From the human T2T-CHM13v2.0 reference genome, Homo sapiens, in NCBI RefSeq assembly GCF_009914755.1, contig NC_060926.1: a stretch of 64,000 nucleotides of DNA, one strand, 5' to 3'. The translations under genes and the position numbers were made by a program. A model generated the notes under the pieces. That model made no database searches. It was not told where the DNA came from and saw nothing but the letters and a program-made list of their open reading frames with translations. Below, piece by piece: positions 42,798 through 63,639 of the stretch. Each line of letters opens with the position of its first letter. Within the stretch, counting starts at the first letter, position 1.

Positions 42798-43951
42798 CAC
42801 ATGTTTATTTTTTCTAAGAAAACTTTACTATCATTTATCAAGTTAAGAAAATTATTCTGATATTTCAATTGGGTGTTTAAATTAGTTGAGGGAAATATGA
42901 GGCCATTCACTAGATGATAGGTTTTTTTTGTTTTAATCATGTTTCATGTTGAAACAAAAAAGTTTTTTCCTGCCAGTTTTCTGGCTAATCTCAGGAAGTC
43001 CCTGAAACAAATTATTGATAAGTAAAAAAAATTATTTAAAAAATTTTAAATTATATTTAAAATCTTCTGTGACTTATGGTGGGGGGAGGCTAAAGCCTTT
43101 CTCCTTCTGTACTGTTCTGGAAACTATGGCCTGTTCTACTCCCTCCCCTCCTGAATTTTCCCAGAACTTTACAGGTAGCTTTTATATATATGATCCCCTG
43201 TCGTCTGTTTAACAAGTACTTTGAGTGTCTATTATATGCAGACATTCTAGGTGTTCAGACACCCTAGTAATTAGTTTGTTCCTCATAATTCTCAGTAAAG
43301 AAGACATGTATATTTCTCATTTTATAGGTGAAGAAGCTAAGACTTTACTTTTCCTCAGTTAGACAGCTAGTGCTGGTGGGTGCCTAAACTTAGATCTTCC
43401 ATTGCCAAATCTAGGTGTGTTGTTTTTCCAGCACACTAGAATCCTCCTGGTTCAAGAAATGTATATATTTTAGCTTGGATAAGATACAACTTTTGGAGTG
43501 TTCTAATCATCTTCAAGTTTTTCGTGGATTAGTTATAACATATGAAAAAAGATAGGGCTGAATGGGCCACATGATGCCAAAAGTGAAAAAGTCACTCACT
43601 AGATTATGACCTGCAGAATCTGGTCCTTGCCTGCCTCTGCTTTTATATTTTGCAGCTTGTCCCTTCACACAGTGGTCTCACTTTTATAATGTCTTTCCCT
43701 CATGCATTTCTTTAATTCTTTTTATTTGCCTGTTCCATAGTAGTCTGTTTGTGCTGCTACTTGCCCCTGTACTGTTCTTGAGCTATACATATACATGTCT
43801 GCTGTGCCATTGAGTGATTCCATCAAGGCCACAATTATCATCTTGATGAACTGATTTTCTCCCACTGCTGATAATTACTTCTCTCTCCTTTCTTTCTCCT
43901 TTACATCACCTCTTTTTGTTCTTAATTTCATTCCCTCCTTGATGCCAGTGA

Positions 43952-45702
<1,751 letters not shown>

Positions 45703-45931
45703 TGTCTTCAATCTTAAATAAGGATTCCATTTAAATATTTTGTAAAAGGACACAGATCACAGTTTTACTCAGGGGAATATAATTGTTATAGCAGGAATTG
45801 TGCCATTGCGCTATTCCAAACAGTGTAAAAGAACATTAATAAATTGAATTCTAACTACATTTGTCCCTAAGGAGTTGTTCGTTTTCCACTTGTATTTCCA
45901 TTTTAATTATCATTATTTGGATGTTTCATAG

Positions 45932-46180
<249 letters not shown>

Positions 46181-47622
46181 TGATATTTGAAGTGTGTTTT
46201 GTTATTTTCGCAAGCCATTACATTCTGACTATTTAATATGTTAGGTTTCCTATATAAAATAAGGCATGGTATGTTACAGTAGGACACATAACTGGAAGTT
46301 ACTCTTGCACATAGAAACAAAAAATGGCAGAAAAGCACAAAACTTACTATAGTTGTAACAGGGAAAGGAAACACTAGGGCCTACAACGTACTAATGTCTT
46401 GGGTCATCTATGGGCTCATGAGGCTCTAGGTTATGGAAGTAAATACCACTGAAAAGCAAATATTAATTACACATGAGGCAAGCCTTTTTGAGTTCTGTAT
46501 GTCATTTTGTAGATTTTGAGTTCATTCTAGTGGCACCATTTGAGATCATTTTCATGTAATTAAAGGAACACAGCAACCTGGCACTGTGTTATTGCCCTTA
46601 GAATGGAATGAATATATGTTTAGCACAAGGTAGGAAGTGATGCGTTAAGTTGGAAGGCTTTGCCGATCATGGTGTGTATGTTGACTAACCTTTATTGTGC
46701 CTTTAAAAAATATACTCAAGAACTACCTTAACCAAGTAATTAAAGTCAAGATTACCAGTTGTGGGACAAATGACATGTACTTCCTGGTGTGATATAGAAG
46801 GAAGGACACAGTATCACCTATATAGTATTCTTGACCAGAATATTTAACCTGATTTTAAACAAGAAGTAAAAATTCAAATAAATTTAGATTGTGGTGCATT
46901 CAAGGCCTGAACTTTAATAAATGTCCATGTCACGGCAGCAAAAAAGAAATCAACAGGTCTTAAAGAGACAGGGCAACCAAACGCAGTAGGCAGTAGTTGA
47001 TTAGATCCCAATTTAGAGGTTGGAGTTGGGGAATAGCTATAGAGGACACTATTGGGGCGAATTGAGAAAGTTTAATATGAGACAATATGGTGTTAGTGTC
47101 AGATTTCTTGTGTGAAATGGTAGTGTTATGATTAGGAGAATGTCCTTGTTCTCAGGATATGCATGCTAAATTATTTAAGGACAAATATTTTTTTAAAAGG
47201 TTATGTGCATGAGTAATTCTATAAATTGTGTTGCTATTATGAATTGTCATGGTAAATCAAAAGGAAACATAAAACTCAAAAGGTTTTATTTTAATACACT
47301 TTATGTATTGAAATGAATGGAATTGATTTGTAAAGATTACATTTTTGCTTGTTGGTGTCAGATAACTGTGACGTAATAATCTTTTGCTGAATTATGTTTC
47401 TTAGGCTAGATTTCATTTTAAAGAACCCTGTAAATACCATTTATTTGAACTGTGGATCTTCCTTAAAAAATAATATTTATTAAGCACCTAGCAGGGTAAA
47501 GTTTTTAGATTTTAACATTTAAATTGAAGGTTTTATATTAGAAGTCAACCTGAATTTAAATGAAACTTCTTCTTGGTCTGATATTACATATTATGAGCTA
47601 TTTTTATTTAAAAATGTAATGG

Positions 47623-49829
<2,207 letters not shown>

Positions 49830-49968
49830 GTACTCTGTTTTTGATAGCTATTCACAATGGGAAAGGATGTAGCAACACATTTTAACCCTATGTTGAGTTT
49901 TAGGTGGGTTCCTTTGAAATTTTGTTAAGGCTAACTTTTGTTAATTTTTTTAAAAAAGTGTAAATTAG

Positions 49969-50355
<387 letters not shown>

Positions 50356-51214
50356 TAACGTTTTGTTTTTTTTTTTTTTTTTTTAATCTTGGAGTAGAAA
50401 TATATTTAAAATTGATGGAGAAAATTCCCAGTTCTTAACATTAGAAAGGGAATATATTATTCTTACCAGTTAGTAATCTATTCACATTTGGTTTAGAGGG
50501 AAGATTTAGAAGGTGAGATAAAAGCTTGTGAGAGAATAGTGTATTCATGTGAAACTTCTTCCATGGGTTCAGAGCATTTAGAAACAAACATCCCTTCACA
50601 CTCAAAGCTTACCTTTGAGCCAGTCCTCCAATAGTGAGGTCTTTGAAGGTCAGGCCAAATTGGCTGTGGGAGGACCTCAGGTTAGGATAGGAATTATTTT
50701 AAGACATGGCACTATATTCATGTGAAACTCGCAAAAACTAGCCTTGCATATAGGCTCATGTATCATGTCTCAGCTGAGATGTTTGAGAGATCTTAACTAG
50801 ATTCTAGAAAACAAAAAAGGAAGTAGTTTTGGGGCAAATATATTTGGGAAACAGTTTATTGTATTTCCTTTCCCCAAATGGATTTTCAAGTTCTTCATAT
50901 AATCTAACCCCAACAAATAAATTGCCTGTTTTTCAAAAGAAAGATCATGTCTTCAGGTTTTTGTGTGGGGTTTAAATGATTCGAAAGATTTGACCATACT
51001 GATACATTCACTAGTAACCTTAGTTACTAATGAGTAATGGTTTTGAGTTAATCAGTTAGGCCTGAACTACTTTTCTGGAAGTTAGTAAATTATCTCACAG
51101 GCAGCCCTGTGAGCCATGGGAAAATGTGTATATGGTCTTTCTAGGCCACAGTCAAATTACAGGTATATTTGTCATGGCTTCTCTTGATGAAAGGCCCAGT
51201 ATCGGTTTGTCTGA

Positions 51215-51625
<411 letters not shown>

Positions 51626-53018
51626 TAAGTGCATCTCCTAGTCCCTTGAAGATAGAAATGTATGTCTCTGTCCTGTGAGAAGGAAAAGTATATTTGCAGA
51701 TTCTCATGTAAAAACATCTGAGAATGTTTGTCTTAGTTTAATAGTTGTTTTCCTGTGGACTTTATATACTTTGTATTGTCTTAAAAGAGTGATTGATGGT
51801 AGCTACGGAAAACTTTGATTTTTAAAATTGTCTCTTTAAGTAGACAATTTATAAGCTACTGGTACGAGTTCACCTTATAAATCTCCACTACCATGTTTTT
51901 GCTTGGACTGTTCACACTTCCTGGAATGGTCCTTCTTGCCGTTTATCCAACTTCTTTCTAATTTTTAAGTCCCTAATGATGGGAATTCTATTTCTGTAGT
52001 GATTTTTCTGGTCATACGACCGTAAGGTCATGGGTGTTTTTCTCTGAATTCCTCTTGAGATGCCTGTAACTTGAACCACGTTTTTATTCTAGACATTACT
52101 GAAATGTTTTGTCTTTATTTCACTTTTTAGGAGCTTCCTTGAAGGTAGGGACTATACCTTCTATTTCTTGGTATCTTTTTCTTTCTTTTTTTAAAAGTTT
52201 TTTAGAGAGACAGGGTCTCACTCTTTTGCCCAGACTGGTCTCGAACTCCTGGGCTCAGGTGATCTTCCTGCCTTGGCTTCCCAGAGTGCTGGGATTACAG
52301 GCATGAACCACCGTGATCCTCCTTATTTCTTAGTATCTTCTAAAGAACATTAAATATAGTAGGTGCCTAGTAAATTATGTATTGATTTAACTTCTTTGAG
52401 GTTCTGTTGTTTGTGAAGAATTATAAAAGCAATACAAATGTTTGTATAGTAATTAAGCAACAGGTTAATATTCATGACTTAAAAGATTAAAGAAATAAGC
52501 AAAACATGTTAGCTGGCAACTCACAGAAAAAGAATTAAATTGCCAATGAGCACACGAGCACATGAAAAATTAGCAAAAGTTTCACCCCTTTACATATATT
52601 TGGTTAAAATTGAGAAAAGAATAGTAATAGATGGTATTGGTAGGACTGTGGCAGGCACACAATTTACATGACCACCAAAAGTGTATGCAGGTATCCATGT
52701 CACCACACCCTGGTCTCATCTTCATTCAGTTTTATTTATTTTTTTTAATCTCGGCCTATTTGATTGGCACGAAATGAATGATAGCTGCCTTATTTGGAAT
52801 TCCTTTGATTACTACTAGTGTGCTTGATAATGTAAAACAATATTCAAAATCTGTTTTTCCTTTCATCCGTTGTTTGTTCATGTTCATGACCTTTTTTTTT
52901 TTTTCCTATTCTCCTCCCTCCCTCCCTCCCTCCCTCCCTTCCTTCCTTCCCTCCTTCCCTCCTTCCCTCCCTCCCTCCCACACAAAGGTGTGTGCTACCA
53001 TACCTGGCTAGTTTTTAA

Positions 53019-53174
<156 letters not shown>

Positions 53175-53190
53175 TAGTGCTTTTTATTGA

Positions 53191-53661
<471 letters not shown>

Positions 53662-53774
53662 TAGTATAAATTATTGATGTTGTTATAGAACCCATTTACC
53701 CCTTAATTCACAGTCTGGGGGTAGGAACATGTACATCATATTTCTGTATCTCATAGTAGGACCACTCATTCTAA

Positions 53775-54155
<381 letters not shown>

Positions 54156-55062
54156 TGAATTAGGATAACAAACAATATGCTTTCAAGTTCCAAAGTTCTA
54201 GCTGTTATTGTTTAACAAAATCTTCATTATAATTAGCTTATTTTGTGTTTAAGAGTGTGTTATAGAAACAGGTTCATTTAAAGCTGGGGGTTCCAGAAAT
54301 CTTGAAATAGTAGTTATCACATGCAGAGTGACTTATCTGTTGTTGTTTCATCCTTTCAGGAAAGTTTGTCATTCGTGGGCTTGGGATCTAGTCAGATCCC
54401 TGTATTGATGAGATTCACATGTTATAAGGCTTTCAAAGGTTTTAAAAATCATACTATAAGGATTGATTTCACTAGTCACCAGAATAACTTTTTCAGATAG
54501 CGCTCTGATTTTCCACGAACACGTTTTTCTGCATCAGTTGGTTGCACATGAGTGAGATAATCTTGGTTCTTTATCCTTTGTTATTTGTACTTCATTGGGA
54601 ATCCTTTTGAGTTAGTATATTTGAGTCATTATTATTATTGCTGTAGAATTCAGGAACTTTTAGTAGATCTGGCAGCATAAAATTTTGCTTTTAAATCATT
54701 GTTTGTGTTTTGTATGCTATAGAAATGGGTTCAGAATATTTTTTAAAAGGCCAGATGAAGTGTGAAGATAGAAAAACTTCATCCTTCACTGTGAATGTTT
54801 AACAAACATTTGCTTCTACTTTATTTTTGTTTGCTTCCTTTAGTTGTGCAAAGTATTCAGTTCTAGAATGCATGAGATATATGACAAAGCCAAAAAATTC
54901 TTTATAGTTGATAAATAATTGTGGCAAAAACAGCTGTATAGTAACTTTGCAAGCATCATTTGATTAAATGCTTAAAAAGTCTTGACTCAGTTTTAACTAT
55001 TTCCTGCAAATAATCAATATTTAATTAAAGCTACTCCAAATTAGTGACACTTTACGTGTCTG

Positions 55063-55403
55063 TCTTTCTCCCTCCCCTTCTCCCTTCTCCCTTCCCCCTT
55101 CTCCCATTCTCCCATTCTCCCTTCTCTCTTCTTCCTTTCCTCTTCCCTTCCCTTCCCCTTTCCCTTCCCCCTTCCCTCTTCTCTTCCCCTCCCCCTTCCC
55201 ATCCCCCATCCCTTCCCTTCCCCCATCCCTTTCCTTTCCCCTTCCCTTCCCTCCTCTTCCTCCTTCCCTTCCCCCTTCCTCCTTCCCTTCCCCCTTCCTC
55301 CTTCCCTTTCCTCTTCCCTTTCCCCTTCCCTTCCCCCTTCCCTTCCCTCTTCCCTTCCCCTTCCCCTTTCCCCTCCCCCTCTCCTCCCCTCCCTTACCTT
55401 CCC
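55063..55403. repeat. C/T low-complexity tract, degenerate (CCCTT)n, about 340 bp
   Basis: Near-pure pyrimidine plus strand in intron 14. Confidence 0.95.
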
Positions 55404-55696
55404 ATGAAATGAGAAAGCCTCAGAGATAGTGGCTTGATTAATTTTTCTTTAGATTAAGATATTTGTCTAAGCCTTTAAGGTTTATCTATTGAGCTTTTTT
55501 GTCTCCTATTTTTATTTTTCCTACTATGTTTGTCGAGGATAAAATACAGCACTGTGTGCCAAGTCATAATCACTTTTCATTTGAGACTTAATTAAAATGC
55601 CTTTATTTTAATGATATATTTGGCTAATGTATTTGAAGTAATCCGAAATTAAGTTTTCTAATGACAAGGTGAGAAGGATAAATTCCATTTACATAA

Positions 55697-55948
<252 letters not shown>

Positions 55949-56529
55949 TAACTTAGCTTCTCTATTATTACATAAACAGGACACTAAGATGAAGGTTTTT
56001 TGTTGTTGTTTGTTTTCCTCTGTGTTTCTAGTGCTTATTTTTTAATCAGTTTTTTTGATGGCAAAGAATCTATCTCTGTGTTATTTTGATTTCTGCAGTA
56101 TATACATCTGCATGATCAATATTCGATTTCAAGTACCAAAGTAGGAGTAAAGGAATATTAACCTAGGTTTAAAATTAGTCATTTCACTAAAATTAGTTAT
56201 TATGGACGATAGATGTCTAGGTATATCTTTGTTCATAAACGAATATATCAAGTTCAGTTATTAAATTACACATTAGGTAAGAAAAGGACAAAGAAATAAA
56301 AAAGCATGATTCATAATTCCTGCCCTCTATTTGTCTAGAATTTAGTTGGGAAGATAAGAATAACGAACGTGACACAGAGAATAAAGTGGCATATGACAAA
56401 TATTTATTCAAGAAAGCTATATGTGGACGGGATGTTTCAGTTCTCATGGGAGAAGTGGATTTTATGGTGCCTTTGAGTAATGGGTCATATTTGGGCGTTC
56501 ACACAGAAAGACCCAAGCATATGCCTAAT

Positions 56530-56853
56530 TTTTTATTATTATTATTTTTTATTTATTTATTTATTTTTTAGACGGAGTCTCGCTCTGTCGCCCAGGCTGG
56601 AGAGCAGGGGCGCGCGATCTCGGCTCACTGCAAACTCTGCCTCCTGGGTTCACACCATTCTCCTGCCTCAGGCTCCCGAGCAGCTGGGACTACAGGCGCC
56701 TGCCACCACGCCCGGCTAAATTTTTTGTATTTTTTAGTAGAGATGGGGTTTCACCGTGTTAGCCAGGATGGTCTCGATCTCCTGACCTCATGATCTGCCT
56801 GCCTTGGCCTCCCAAAGTGCCGGGATTACAGGAGTGGGCCACTGTGCCCGGCC
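56530..56853 (-). mobile_element. Antisense AluY-like element in intron 15
   Basis: Alu consensus with a (TTTA)n-type tail. Confidence 0.9.
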
Positions 56854-57801
56854 CTTTTTTTTTTTTTTTTTTTTAAATTAGAGGATTACTAGTTCTCTTC
56901 AATTATAAAAATAAAAGAATCTTATTTCACTGCCTGGTCCTGGAAACATGTACTGCAATATACATTGTGACAACTTTTTACCTGTCATGTTTTTAGCTTT
57001 TACCTGTGAATGTCTTATCATTGTTCTTATCTGAAGGATAGATAGTTGCTACAATAATAATAGATGGTGTGTATGGTTTTTGAGCCTAAAAAGTGTAGTT
57101 TTATCTGTTGTACCTATACAAGCAGGAGAAATATAACTTGTTAATAATTTTAGGTATGGCAGGCTGCCATCCTAAATATGAAGTGGTCTTTGTATTTGCA
57201 CTTTAATGTGTTGAAATCATAGCTTTCAGTGATCCAGGATTAGGCAGACTCTTTTATGCAATCTCTTGTTTCCAGTTAGAATAGAAGTCGTGTACTTTTG
57301 ATAACATTAATTATAATATATTTTGAGCCCTGTGAGGTTGGTAACATTATTCCCATTTTATGAATGAGGAATGTGTGTTAAGGAGTTTGCCCAAGAGTCA
57401 CATAGCAAGTCATAGTCATGCTCTCTGAAGCAGCAATAACTTGGCAATAAAATAAAAATGAAGCATCTTCTGTATGTGTTAACTTTTCAGTGACTGTTTA
57501 TGCCTTCCAGTATTCTTTGTAAACCTTGAATTCTTTTTTTCACAGATGATTAAAGTTTATCAATTGTAAAGGTGGAGGAATTTGGGAACTAGACAGTGCA
57601 CACATAAATAATAAATATGTTCTTCAAATATTGGGTGGGCTAATGTGGGAGGAGTTTGAGACCAGCCTGGGCAACATAGTGAGACCCTCGTCTCTAAAAA
57701 TATGAAAAATAAAAAAAAAATTTTTTAAATGTGTGATATGTTTAGATGGAAATGAAACAATTTGTCACTGTCTAACATGACTTTTAGAAAAGATATTTTA
57801 A

Positions 57802-58002
<201 letters not shown>

Positions 58003-58275
58003 AAAATCCCAGTAATGGAATGAAGGTAATATTGATAAGCTATTGTCTGTAATAGTTTTATATTGTTTTATATTAACCCTTTTTCCATAGTGTTAACTGT
58101 CAGTGCCCATGGGCTATCAACTTAATAAGATATTTAGTAATATTTTACTTTGAGGACATTTTCAAAGATTTTTATTTTGAAAAATGAGAGCTGTAACTGA
58201 GGACTGTTTGCAATTGACATAGGCAATAATAAGTGATGTGCTGAATTTTATAAATAAAATCATGTAGTTTGTGGA
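58003..58275 (+). other. MSH2: MSH2 3' UTR (end approximate)
   Basis: AT-rich sequence from the stop codon to just past the AATAAA at 58253. Confidence 0.8.
58253..58258 (+). terminator. Polyadenylation signal AATAAA of MSH2
   Basis: Canonical hexamer about 250 nt after the stop, followed by GT/T-rich sequence (gtagtttgtgg, ttgtagttctt). Confidence 0.8.
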
Positions 58276-58669
58276 ATTTGAGATGCATTGTAGTTCTTCG
58301 CAGTGTGACTTCAAATATTTTGGAAGAAACAAATAGCTCAGAGACCTCGTAAAATATCTTAAACTGGAGGGCTCCATGGAGATCATTGCGAGTGACTCCC
58401 CCAGAATGTCCATCTGTTGACAGGAGCCAGGCTGGCTGCATACGAATTAGCTAAGGAGCTTATTATATATCCAGAGTCCTACCGTGAGCCTCCATCCCGT
58501 CTGCCATTCTCCCATCCCTGGTCTATGATAAGACTTAGAAATCTGGATTTTAACAAAACGTTTCAGATTGAGAACCTTGATTTAGTCTACTTCTCCTATT
58601 TTACAATAAAGAGATGAAGCGGTTAAGAATTAGCTAATCCTACGCAAAGTGAGGGAAAAAGGACAGTCT

Positions 58670-60260
58670 TTTTAATAAATGCGGCGGGCTGGTGGGGTAT
58701 CCATATAGGAAGAAATGACATTGGACCCCTACTCCATGTCATATATAAAAACCTCCACTTTGGGAGGCGAAGCAGGCAATCACTTGAACTCAGGAGATCA
58801 AGACCAGCCTGGACAACATGACGAAACCCCATCTCTACAAAAATAAATGCAAAAATTAGCCGGGCATAGTGGTGCTTGCCTGTAGTCCCAGCTACTCAGG
58901 AGGCTGAGGTGGGAGGATCACGTGATCTGGGAGAGGTTGAGGTTACAGTGAGCTGCACTCCATCCTGGGTAATACAGTGATAACTGTGTCTCAAACAAAA
59001 CAAAACAAATCACCTTCAGTGATTTTTAGACCAAATGTACAAGGTAATACTCTCAAGGTTTTAATGTTTTATAGTTCTGCAGAAGATAACATAGGAAAAT
59101 ATTTTTATGTCCTTGGCTTTGGGAAGAATTTAAGTCACAGAAAAACACCATCCATAAAGTTTGACTTATTTAGCTATTTGAAATTAACAACTTCTATTAA
59201 AAGGCACCACAAGTGAAAAGACATGAATCGTAATGGAAGAACATACTGGTACGTTATAAAATATCAAAGAGTTGGGCATGGTGTCCCATGCTTGTAGTCC
59301 CAGCTACTCAGGAGGCTGAGGCAGGAGGATCACTTGAGCCCAGCAGTTCAAGTCTCAGCAGTTCAAGTCCAGCCTGGGCAATATAGCAAGACTGCATTTC
59401 TTTTCTTCTTCTTTTTTAATACCTGGAATAAAGAACTCCTATAAAATCACTAAGAAAAGGGGTCACTTAAGAATCTCATTAACAAAAAGAATTTGAATAT
59501 TTTTCCAAGGAAGATATGCAAATGGACTGTAAGCACATGAAAAGATGCAGATCAGGGAAATGCAAGTCAAAACCACAATGAGCTACAACTTCACACTGAT
59601 TACGATAGTTAAAATCAAAAAGTCAGATGGTAAGTACTGGCAAGGAAGTGGAGAAATTGAAACTGTCATGCGCTCTTGGTGCGAATGTAAAATGGTGCAG
59701 CTGCTTTGGAAAACAGTCTGGCAGTTCCTCAGACAATTCCACTCCAACGTATATCCAAGTGGAATCACAACATATGTCCCCACAAACTTGTACATAAATG
59801 TTTATAGCAGGATTATTCATAATAGCCAAAAGGTGGAAACAACCCGAATGTCCATCAGCAGATGAATGCATAAATGAAACGTGGTCTATCCATACAATGG
59901 AGTATATTATTGAGCCATTAAAGGAATGAAGTACTGGTACATGGTGCAGCTTAGATGAACCTTGGAAACATTGTGCTAAATGAAAGAAGCTGGTTACAAG
60001 AGTCAACACGTATGATTTCATTCATGTGAAAGTTCAGAATAGAGACAGCAGTAGAGACAAAGTAGCAGTTCAGGGTTGGTGCCAGGGAATAGGGGGTAGG
60101 TGGGGTGAAAGCTAAAGGATACGGTGTTTCTTTGTGAGATGGAAATTCTAAAATAGGTGATGTTTATACATGTCTGTGAATATACTAAAAACCATTGAAT
60201 TGTACACATTAAATGGATGAATTGTATAGGAATTATATTTTAATAAAGCTATTTAAAAAA
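58670..60260 (+). mobile_element. Old L1M(B) 3' portion downstream of MSH2, interrupted by Alus (about 58757-59010 and 59270-59400)
   Basis: ORF 59545..59865 (QIREMQVKTT...KMVQLLWKTVWQFL) resembles the L1 ORF2 C-terminus. Ends with aataaagctatttaaaaaaa. Confidence 0.75.
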
Positions 60261-63200
60261 ATCCAGACACTTCACCCAAGAGGAAATCTAAGTGGTCCAT
60301 AAACATGAAAAGGTCTTTAATCACCAGTCAGAAAAATGAAAATGAAAACCATGCCAGGCCACCTCCCACCACCATAGTGACAAGCATTTCAAGTGTGGCA
60401 GTTCCAGCTGTTGTTGAGGATGTGGAATAACACTGGTAGGGGTGTTAAGATTATCTGGTGAAATTGAAAAGACGCATACGACCCAGCAATTCTGCTCTTA
60501 AGTGCATACTCTGGAGATGCTTTTGCCCATTGTGCTGCGAGATGTATACAAGAATGTTCCTAATACCTCCACACTGGAAACAACTCATCAGTGAAAATGA
60601 ACTACAGCTACACAAAATGACATAGATGGAATCTTAAAACGTTTAGTAAAAGAAATGATACAAAAGGATACAGTTTTTTTTTCATTTATGTGAAGTTTAA
60701 GAATAGGTGGTATTGTTTAGGGATGCAGTCTTTGGGATGGCAACTGTAAAGAAAAAGTGATTGTGTTAATCAGAGTGATTGTCTTTAGGGAAATGGAGTG
60801 CTGATGGGGAGGGGGCACATTAGGGCTTCTGGAGGGCCACAGTTCTGGTTTTTAACCTGAGTGGTGGTTTTGCACGTGCTTGCTTTATAGTTAGCTGCAA
60901 TTTTTTTTTTTAATGCAGTTAAAGTTTGGTATGAGAACAAATGTATGACCGATGAGTCCTTTCAGTTTACCAAGTTCTTTTTCGTCATCGTTAATTTAGA
61001 GTGGGTTACATCAGTTTTTCTTTTCTGGCTGCCAAAGGCTTAGGAAAAAGGCAAACTGACAGAGGAAGATTTTAAATGTAGAAATATTTATTGGTTTACA
61101 AATCCTTTTAATCACTTATACATGAAAAGCTTTCATATAATTCAAAAAGCAAATTTTAAATTCCAATGAAATAGTTCATCCCGTGGTTGTGAAAGAGTGT
61201 TTTTAGATTGCTGCACAGAAGCATGTTTAACGTGGAAATCAGCTCATGGTTTTAGTTGTTAGGGCTACAAGAAATTGGGGGAGACTTCATTCCAAGAAAA
61301 CATGTAGTCTGTCAGGCTGTTTTCATTCCTCTAAAAGAGACAGTTTTCTAAGATGTTTTTGAAAATGAGAAAATACGTAATAGATCTGCTTAAGAAGTTT
61401 CAAACTTAATCTGTGCTTATTACATGAATATGCTAATGTAAAACCAGGCCTTCAGTTAGTGTTTCCTTCCTTTTAGAATGGTGTATGTAAAGCAAAATAT
61501 AAACTAATTTCTGACCTGTCAAAGGTTTTTTCTTAAAATTTAAATTTATAATGTGGTTTGGTTTTTCTTTCCCACTCAAACATGAATTTGGGTAATACCA
61601 GAATAAAGCTGGATATATAAATTTTATCCAAAATTTAGAACTCTGTTGTTAAGAAATCTGTTGACCACATAACCATGTTTCTGAGAAAATACATGATTTT
61701 TTGCATCTTTAAAAAAAATTAGCACTAAGAAGCTAAGATGAAGTTGTTTTTGTAATTTGATTTTTTTTTCCTTAAAATACTGTTTTGGAGTTAAAAGTTG
61801 TAGCAAAACTGGTATAAGAAAGATGTTTTAAGATATATTTAAGTCTTGTCTCATACTCTATTGACTAAGCTAGCCCGGTGACTAGGGTAGATGTATTTAA
61901 AGAATAACTTTTCCCCCTTAAAATCTCAATATTCCACATCCTGTTAGACTTCTTGAGTATTAAATACATCTTCTATCCTTGGTCTTTCTGCATTTAGCTT
62001 TTTTGGGAAGTATGTTTTTACCCAAGCATATGGTATGAGCTGCTGATTCAGTATTGAGTGGCTCTTTAAGCTTGTTAGTTACATTCTGCTGATTAAAATG
62101 GTGTACAGAATAGTCAGGAAAAACCAGTCCCTGGTCTGAAATAAACAATGTTAATTAGCTTATGGGGAAGAACAAATGAGTAAGGAGAATTTTCATATAC
62201 AAAGGAAATCTCTGATTGTCTTTCTGGACTCAGTGTGTTTGGGTTAAGGAGATAGGGTGCGGCTGGAGAAAATGATGAAAATGTTCAGAATGTTACATGT
62301 ATTTTTACACTGAAACTGGAAGTGGAAGCCCAGTGTGATAGTTTTCTGCCCGATGTTGGCCTGTCTTCACACCCACACCACTTATCTTGATTGATAGAGC
62401 TACTACTTCCTCTTATACTGCTTCAGAAGTTAACCTCTGTGGTGCAGTGCTAGGATATCACAGAGGAAATAATCCCTTGTAGACAGTGTCTTGTTGCTGG
62501 GAGTTATCAGTGCCTCCTGTTCTCTCTAAGGAGGGCAATGGGAAGCCCTTTCCTTGCATTTGCTACAGCCGTTTCCTTGACCTCCCTGGAAGAACAGTAT
62601 TTCATGGTGTCAGACAACATTCAGAACATGCTCAAATTAAATGTATGTCAGTATGCATTTGCTTTGGTGTGTGGTTTGTCCAAACCAAAGTGCCCATACA
62701 TGTCTCTGGTCCAGCCATGTGGGAAATTCAGCAGTGGGGTGAACCATATGGAAATGGCAGGTGTTGGGCAGCCTTGACTGGACTGCCCTGGTCTTACTTC
62801 TGGATTTGGTGAGTAGAAGATCACACTGTTGCTTGCTGCCCTGGGTTCACCTCAAAGAGGGAAAGAAGAATTAGCAACTTAAATGGTTAAATTTAGAAAC
62901 AAGAAAAAGTTCTGTCAGTGGGCAGTTTCTTACGTCTAACAAAAAAAACAACAGCAGTGAATTCTTTTGTGTTCAGAATTAACCAGTAAACACAACCTTA
63001 GCAATTAACCTATCACTATCACGATTGTTTATTTCCTGGAATTTTGTTGACAGAATTAGTCCAATAAATGTTATGAATAATAATTTTATGAATAGAGATA
63101 GGTTAATGCCAAATTAAGTATAATTGAATCTGAGACATTAATGCAACTGTTTTAAATTCAACCACTGACCTGCAATTTTTATATGCCTTGTCCATCCAGC

Positions 63201-63362
63201 AAGATACATTTTGTCCATTTTTTTCATGTTTAAAATTTAATATTTATTGTCAATTCCAGTGTGTTTCATTGCTAAACATCAGGCTCAGCCAAAGCAATCA
63301 CGAAAATGACTCCACGTTGAATCTTTAACATCACAATGTGGATTAACAATTTGGCAACATTT

Positions 63363-63639
<277 letters not shown>

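Noticed and set aside
62642-62702. Possible pre-miRNA hairpin
   Set aside because: Only short, interrupted stems (about 5-8 bp). Not enough pairing for a Drosha substrate and no match to an RNA I recognise.
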